NCBI GenBank assembly: GCA_016213175.1 | Contig: JACRBF010000016.1 | Coordinates: 1 to 48,767, forward strand | Direction of reading: 5' to 3' | Source: Chlamydiia bacterium | GTDB taxonomy: Bacteria > Chlamydiota > Chlamydiia > Chlamydiales > SM23-39 | Length of the DNA stretch: 48,767 nt | In this document: positions 44,269 through 48,767 of the stretch, piece by piece | Layout of the letters: the number at the start of each line of letters is the position of its first letter | Numbering within the stretch: position 1 is the first letter of the stretch | Position numbers and translations under genes: made by a program | Notes under the pieces: generated by a model | What the model was told of the DNA's origin: nothing | Databases searched by the model: none | The model's input: only the letters and a program-made list of their open reading frames with translations

Positions 44269-45459
44269 CAGAGCGAGCGTTTTTTCTGTAGATCCTTGCC
44301 CTGGCTCGGTGAGTGCGTAAGCGCCTTTTTTCATCGCTTCTTCTTCCAACGGCGTGTTTAAAAAGCGCTCTATATCACTTTTCACGGATGCATAGCTCGT
44401 TTCTCTGCCAGAGTTGGTTTCTAGAATACGGGAGACGATCTCCCGCTGTCCGAATGTGTGGGGACCAAATAGGACGGGTATTCCATAGAGGCATGGCTCT
44501 AGACAATTGTGCCCTCCCACAGTATGCGTAAAACTACCTGCAACAATAGCGAGACGCGATAAAGAGTAGCAAATGGGGAGTTTTCCCATCGCATCGATGA
44601 GGAGGACCTGTTTTTCTTGGCTAAAGTCTTGCAATCTACTCCAGCGGAAGAAGGGGATTTGTTTTTTTTTCAGGATGCTTGCGACTTCTTCAAATCGCTG
44701 AGGATGGCGAGGAGCTAAGATGAGAAAGATGGTGCTGAGAGGGAGAAGTTCAAGAAGTCTCTCTTCCTCTGGAGCGTGAGTGCAAGAGAGGGTAATAATA
44801 GGATTTGCGGGGCAAAGGATGTTCTGCCAATAGGCTCTGTCAACAGGTTCAGGACGTAAATCAAGTTTTAAATTACCGCCTATGTGCAGACGTGAGGGTG
44901 TGCAAAGAGGGAGAAAGCGCTTCTGATGTTCTTCATTTTGTACGATGAGAAGATCGAGGGAGTCAAAAAGGAGCTTGGCTGTGGGACGTATCCAGGAAAA
45001 CCGCTTTGCAGAGCGCTCGGAGATTTTTCCGCTGACGAGGGCTGTACGCCCTCCTTGTTTTTTGATAGAGCTGAGCAGATTGGGCCAAAAATCGCTCTCG
45101 ATGAGGATAAAAAGGCTGGGACGGAGCCTGTTGACCCATCGATGGATATTCCAGCTTATATCGAAAGGAAGGTGTCGGTAGGCGTGAGCGCCTGGAAGAG
45201 ATCTTCGTGCCTCCGCTTGCCCTGTTGCTGTGGTTGTTGTGATGAGGAAGAAGGCGGCTTGTTTTTGATAGCGGAGCGTAGCAAAGAGATTCTTAGCCGA
45301 CTTGATCTCTCCTACAGAGACCGCGTGGATCCAGATCACCTCTTTGCCTTGCGGATCTGGGATTGAAGGAAAAAATCGATCGCGTACGCTTTTTTTGATC
45401 AAACGAGGCAAAGAGAAAATGAGATAAAGGAGGAGGGCTACATTATAGAGAAGCCTCAC
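44218..45459 (-). CDS. waaA: 3-deoxy-D-manno-octulosonic acid (Kdo) transferase
   Basis: VIWIHAVSVGE near the N-terminus and a GT-B C-terminal half (GGSF..GGHN..EP). 413 aa. Adjacent to leuS as in Chlamydia (gseA-leuS). Confidence 0.85.
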   Translation of the reverse strand: MRLLYNVALLLYLIFSLPRLIKKSVRDRFFPSIPDPQGKEVIWIHAVSVGEIKSAKNLFATLRYQKQAAFFLITTTTATGQAEARRSLPGAHAYRHLPFDISWNIHRWVNRLRPSLFILIESDFWPNLLSSIKKQGGRTALVSGKISERSAKRFSWIRPTAKLLFDSLDLLIVQNEEHQKRFLPLCTPSRLHIGGNLKLDLRPEPVDRAYWQNILCPANPIITLSCTHAPEEERLLELLPLSTIFLILAPRHPQRFEEVASILKKKQIPFFRWSRLQDFSQEKQVLLIDAMGKLPICYSLSRLAIVAGSFTHTVGGHNCLEPCLYGIPVLFGPHTFGQREIVSRILETNSGRETSYASVKSDIERFLNTPLEEEAMKKGAYALTEPGQGSTEKTLALLFGIQMTHIPCSHVFF

Positions 45460-48014
45460 GATTTCGTGACGATGTTGAGGAGTTTATTGGGCACGAAAAT
45501 GGTTTTAACGATCTCGCCGGAGATATGCTTTTCCACGTCTGGTTCCTTGCGTACAAGAGCCATCAACTCTTCTTCCGTCCGGTTGATTGGCAAATCAAAA
45601 CGGCCTCTCAATTTGCCGTTAATCTGGATAATATAGGTAGCGCTCTCGTCGATCAGGTATTTTGGATTGACTGAAGGGATGGGGGCGTAAGAGAGGGGGA
45701 GCGGATCTTTGAGATGCTCCCATAACTCCTCAGCAATATGAGGGGCAAAGGGATAGAGCATCTGGATGGCCCTTTTGAGGCAGCTGATTGGGTAAGCAGG
45801 GAGTGGAATGAACGCATTCAGGAACTCCATCATGCGGGCAATAGCCGTATTGAATTGGAGCTCTTCAATATCGCGCGTCACAAAATAGACCAGTTTGTGG
45901 GAGAGCTTCAAAGCCTCGAGACTCTCTTCGTGGATCACCTTTTCGGAGAGGATCATATCGTAGAAGCGATTCAAGAATCTTTTGCAGCCGCTGACTGCGT
46001 CGGTATTCCACACCTTTTCTCGATCGAACGGACCCATGAACATCTCATAAAGTCTCAATGAATCTGCGCCGAAGTCCTCAATGATCTCATCCGGGGAGAC
46101 CCCGTTGAGTTTCGATTTGGACATTTTTTCCGACTGGACAATCAATTCATCTCCCGTTGTTTTCGCAAAAAAAAGTCCCTCTTTTTCGATGACTTCATCA
46201 GGAGCAATATACCCCCCTTGATGCATCTTATAGGATCTGGCGGTGACAAGACCCTGGTTGCGCAGCGTTCGGAACGGTTCTGGCGTAGAGACAAGGTTCA
46301 AGTCATAGAGAACTTTATGCCAAAATCTAGCGTAGAGCAGATGTAGCACAGCGTGTTCGACGCCGCCCACATACAGGTCGACCGGCAACCAGTATTTTTC
46401 TGCCTCATGGCTCCACGCTTGTTTCGTATTTTCTGGATCGCAGAACCGTAAATAATACCAGCAAGAACCTGCCCATTGGGGCATCGTATTCGTCTCTCTC
46501 AGCGCTTTGCGTCCCGTTTTAGGATCGACGATCTCCGCCCAGCTGGGGATTTTGGCAAGAGGGCTTTGTCCCGAGGCTGCGGGTTTAAAGTCGTCCAGAT
46601 GAGGGGGCACAAGAGGCAATTCATCGAGAGCAAGAGGGCGCATTGAGCCATCTGCAAAATGGAGAATAGGGATTGGCTCTCCCCAGTAACGTTGCCTAGA
46701 AAAAAGCCAGTCTCTCAACTTATATTGAACGGTTCTGCTCCCCTTCTTCTTCCTCTCTAGCCAATCGAGGACAGCTTCCTTGGCCTCATTCCGCGTTAGA
46801 CCGTTGATAGAGAGATCTGCATGGGCGCTATGAATGAGCTTCCCATCCTGTTCCCAGCAGGCAGCTCCTTGCAAAATTGCATGCCGCAGCGCTTCCGCCT
46901 CAGTGCCTTTTCCCAAAAGCGCGGAATCGGGATCGATGACAGGGACGATATGCAGTTGATAGCGCCCAGCAAAGGCAAAATCACGCGCATCATGCGCTGG
47001 CACTCCCATGACAGCGCCCGTCCCATATCCCATTAAAACATAATCTGCCACCCAGACAGGAATTTGAGCCCTTGTGATGGGATGCATTGCATAGGCGCCT
47101 GTCCACACGCCTGTTTGTTCTTTGGCCAAATCGGTGCGCTCTAGATCGCTTTTGGAAGCGGTGGCTTCGCGGTATGCCTCAATCTGAGCTCTCTGCCCTA
47201 TCGTAGTGAGCCGTTCTACGAGAGGATGTTCTGGAGACAGGACGAGAAAGGTCGCGCCAAAAAGAGTGTGAATAGCAGTTGTGAATACGACAATGGATTC
47301 TCCCTGTGCTTCAAAGGTAACGTTAGCCCCCTCACTGCGTCCAATCCAGTTTGACTGCAGCTTCTTCAGATGATCCGGCCAATCGAGTAAATCGAGGTCA
47401 TTGAGCAGGCGATCGGCATAAGCGGTAATTTTGAGAACCCACTGCTTTAAAGGGCGCCTCTCTACCGGATAGCCCCCCTCTTTCGATTTCCCGTTGTCTA
47501 CCTCCTCATTGGCAAGAACCGTTCCCAGCGCAGGGCAGAAGTTGACATTGATCTCTGCCTCATAGGCGAGTCCTTTTTCAAAGAGTTTGGTAAAGATCCA
47601 CTGTGTCCATTTGTAATAAGAAGGGTCGCTTGTCGCAATTTCTCGATCCCAATCGTAGCTAAAACCGAGCGATTCCAATTGGCGTCGGTAGGTGGCGATA
47701 TTGGTCTTTGTGGTCACGGCCGGATGCGTTCCTGTCCGGATTGCAAATTGTTCTGCAGGCAAACCAAAACTATCCCATCCCATGGGATGCAAGACGTTGA
47801 AGCCTTTCTGCCTTTTATACCTGGCAATAATGTCGGTGCCCGTATAGCCCGTGACATGCCCCACATGGAGGCCGGCTCCTGAAGGGTAAGGGAACATATC
47901 GAGAACATAGTACTTTGGCTTGGACGGGTCCACCCACGCTTTGAACGTTTTTTGCTGCTTCCAAATGTGCTGCCACTTCTTTTCGATGTATCGTGGATCG
48001 TACTTTGACTTCAT
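45456..48014 (-). CDS. leuS: Leucine--tRNA ligase
   Basis: PYPSGAGLHVGHVTGY (HIGH) and KMSKSKLNG (KMSKS). 852 aa, bacterial type. Confidence 0.95.
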   Translation of the reverse strand: MKSKYDPRYIEKKWQHIWKQQKTFKAWVDPSKPKYYVLDMFPYPSGAGLHVGHVTGYTGTDIIARYKRQKGFNVLHPMGWDSFGLPAEQFAIRTGTHPAVTTKTNIATYRRQLESLGFSYDWDREIATSDPSYYKWTQWIFTKLFEKGLAYEAEINVNFCPALGTVLANEEVDNGKSKEGGYPVERRPLKQWVLKITAYADRLLNDLDLLDWPDHLKKLQSNWIGRSEGANVTFEAQGESIVVFTTAIHTLFGATFLVLSPEHPLVERLTTIGQRAQIEAYREATASKSDLERTDLAKEQTGVWTGAYAMHPITRAQIPVWVADYVLMGYGTGAVMGVPAHDARDFAFAGRYQLHIVPVIDPDSALLGKGTEAEALRHAILQGAACWEQDGKLIHSAHADLSINGLTRNEAKEAVLDWLERKKKGSRTVQYKLRDWLFSRQRYWGEPIPILHFADGSMRPLALDELPLVPPHLDDFKPAASGQSPLAKIPSWAEIVDPKTGRKALRETNTMPQWAGSCWYYLRFCDPENTKQAWSHEAEKYWLPVDLYVGGVEHAVLHLLYARFWHKVLYDLNLVSTPEPFRTLRNQGLVTARSYKMHQGGYIAPDEVIEKEGLFFAKTTGDELIVQSEKMSKSKLNGVSPDEIIEDFGADSLRLYEMFMGPFDREKVWNTDAVSGCKRFLNRFYDMILSEKVIHEESLEALKLSHKLVYFVTRDIEELQFNTAIARMMEFLNAFIPLPAYPISCLKRAIQMLYPFAPHIAEELWEHLKDPLPLSYAPIPSVNPKYLIDESATYIIQINGKLRGRFDLPINRTEEELMALVRKEPDVEKHISGEIVKTIFVPNKLLNIVTKS

Positions 48015-48310
48015 GCCTTATCCCGTTCTAGACAAAAGAATGCATGCAGCATACCGCAAATCGCAGGCAGGTTCAAGCAGACAAAAAAAATATCGCGCAA
48101 GAGGTCTACTGTGGAGGCATGGCGCGGTATGTGTAGAAAATACTCGGATTGTTAAGGGTACTAACCCGCTACGCAAAACGCATTGGAAAAGTTGAAGGCG
48201 AGTATAAAGAGGAGCTACCAGACTCTTCTGACCTGGAATTTTCAAACCCTGGCAAAGCCAGAAAGGTCGGTCGCATGAGAAAAATGCGCAAAACCTAACA
48301 GCGCACGGTA

Positions 48311-48347
48311 TAACACCTTAAGCGAGTACGTCTCGCTTAAGGTGTTA
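48311..48347. terminator. Perfect 16-bp hairpin downstream of the right-edge gene
   Basis: TAACACCTTAAGCGAG-TACGT-CTCGCTTAAGGTGTTA, about 40 nt after the stop of the minus-strand ORF ending at 48387. No clear U-tract on that strand. Confidence 0.35.
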
Positions 48348-48386
48348 AGAGGCTTATTTTGAGGGCCTAGGTTTTTCTTTAGAAAC

Positions 48387-48767
48387 TCAGGCGTCTTTGG
48401 GGGGGGTGCGGAGCAGTTGCGATACACGCTGTGCTGCGGACGAGTTCTCAGTTGCGGTGATCCCCATATCAGACCACTGCTGGGTAGTTTCGTCATATAC
48501 CGCATAGCAATTATTGCTGTCTACTGAATATATTTTGTCGTTCAGCTGTACCCAGAGGTAATGTATACCATTATCACGGTTGTCCACAAATAAGTTCCAT
48601 TGCTGGACTTGATCAAGCGTGTTTTTGAGAATAGTCATTGCTGCTTGTTCTTGTGCTGGTGCTGCTTGTTCTACCTGTGGTTGTGCTGCTTGTTCTACCT
48701 GTGGTTGTGCTGCTTGTTCTACCTGTGGTTGTGCTGCTTGTTCTACCTGTGGTTGTGCTGCTTGTTC
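48387..48767 (-). CDS. Partial CDS (5' end beyond window): octapeptide-repeat protein with globular C-terminal domain
   Basis: The frame stays open upstream of the tracked ATG (48638) to the window edge and translates as (EQAAQPQV)n-EQAAPAQEQAA-MTILKNTLDQVQQWNLFVDNRDNGIHYLWVQL.... Confidence 0.6.
   Translation of the reverse strand, partial: EQAAQPQVEQAAQPQVEQAAQPQVEQAAQPQVEQAAPAQEQAAMTILKNTLDQVQQWNLFVDNRDNGIHYLWVQLNDKIYSVDSNNCYAVYDETTQQWSDMGITATENSSAAQRVSQLLRTPPKDA
48639..48767. repeat. 24-bp perfect tandem repeat (at least 4.5 copies, truncated by window edge)
   Basis: The unit TGCTGCTTGTTCTACCTGTGGTTG occurs at 48660, 48684, 48708 and 48732, with a partial unit at 48756, preceded by a degenerate 21-nt unit. 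The period is a multiple of 3 and lies within an open frame. Confidence 0.9.

Noticed and set aside
48639-48767. Possible CRISPR array at the right edge
   Set aside because: The units are directly adjacent 24-mers with no spacers, have a period divisible by 3, and lie in an open reading frame. This is a coding minisatellite, not a repeat-spacer array.

Overview
This 48.8-kb window looks like chromosome from a member of the phylum Chlamydiae outside the Chlamydiaceae (environmental or amoeba-associated type). This is inferred from gene content and order only; no database search was possible. Evidence: a 634-aa LepB, type-2 IleRS, a SET-domain protein, an Inc-like bilobed-hydrophobic protein, and Kdo transferase next to leuS. 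The blocks ileS/lepB, rpmE-prfA-prmC-ffh-rpsP-trmD-rplS-rnhB and pnp-rpsO-tadA match the Chlamydia trachomatis gene order as I recall it. Most of the window is housekeeping genes: 3 aminoacyl-tRNA synthetases, release factors 1 and 3, ribosomal proteins, SRP, PNPase and 2 tRNA(CAT) genes. Accessory material is interleaved: a complete cyoABCDE quinol oxidase operon sits between ileS and lepB. There is also an amidohydrolase/ThDP-enzyme/CMD cluster, a HEPN-MNT toxin-antitoxin pair, a J-domain protein, a FAD monooxygenase, two tandem OppA lipoproteins and several orphan secreted or membrane proteins. The most unusual signal is non-genic. At least three families of about 80-170-bp palindromic MITE-like elements (here called A, B and C) occur in 12 or more full or partial copies. 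They share TA-N-ACC...GGT-N-TA termini, are sometimes nested or chimeric, and show compensatory stem substitutions. They sit with striking regularity exactly at gene 3' ends, where they supply the last codons and/or the stop codon of at least seven genes. The family A core looks like a bidirectional intrinsic terminator. Other items worth a second look: an archaeal/eukaryotic-type AspRS-like enzyme fused to a YbaK-like editing domain; an unannotated 53-aa Cys-rich lipoprotein ORF between cyoD and cyoE; a gene-decay patch (truncated beta-carbonic anhydrase, hairpin cluster, possible transposase stub, autotransporter barrel stub); and a partial gene at the right edge with perfect 24-bp coding tandem repeats. 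No rRNA, CRISPR array, prophage or intact transposase was seen.
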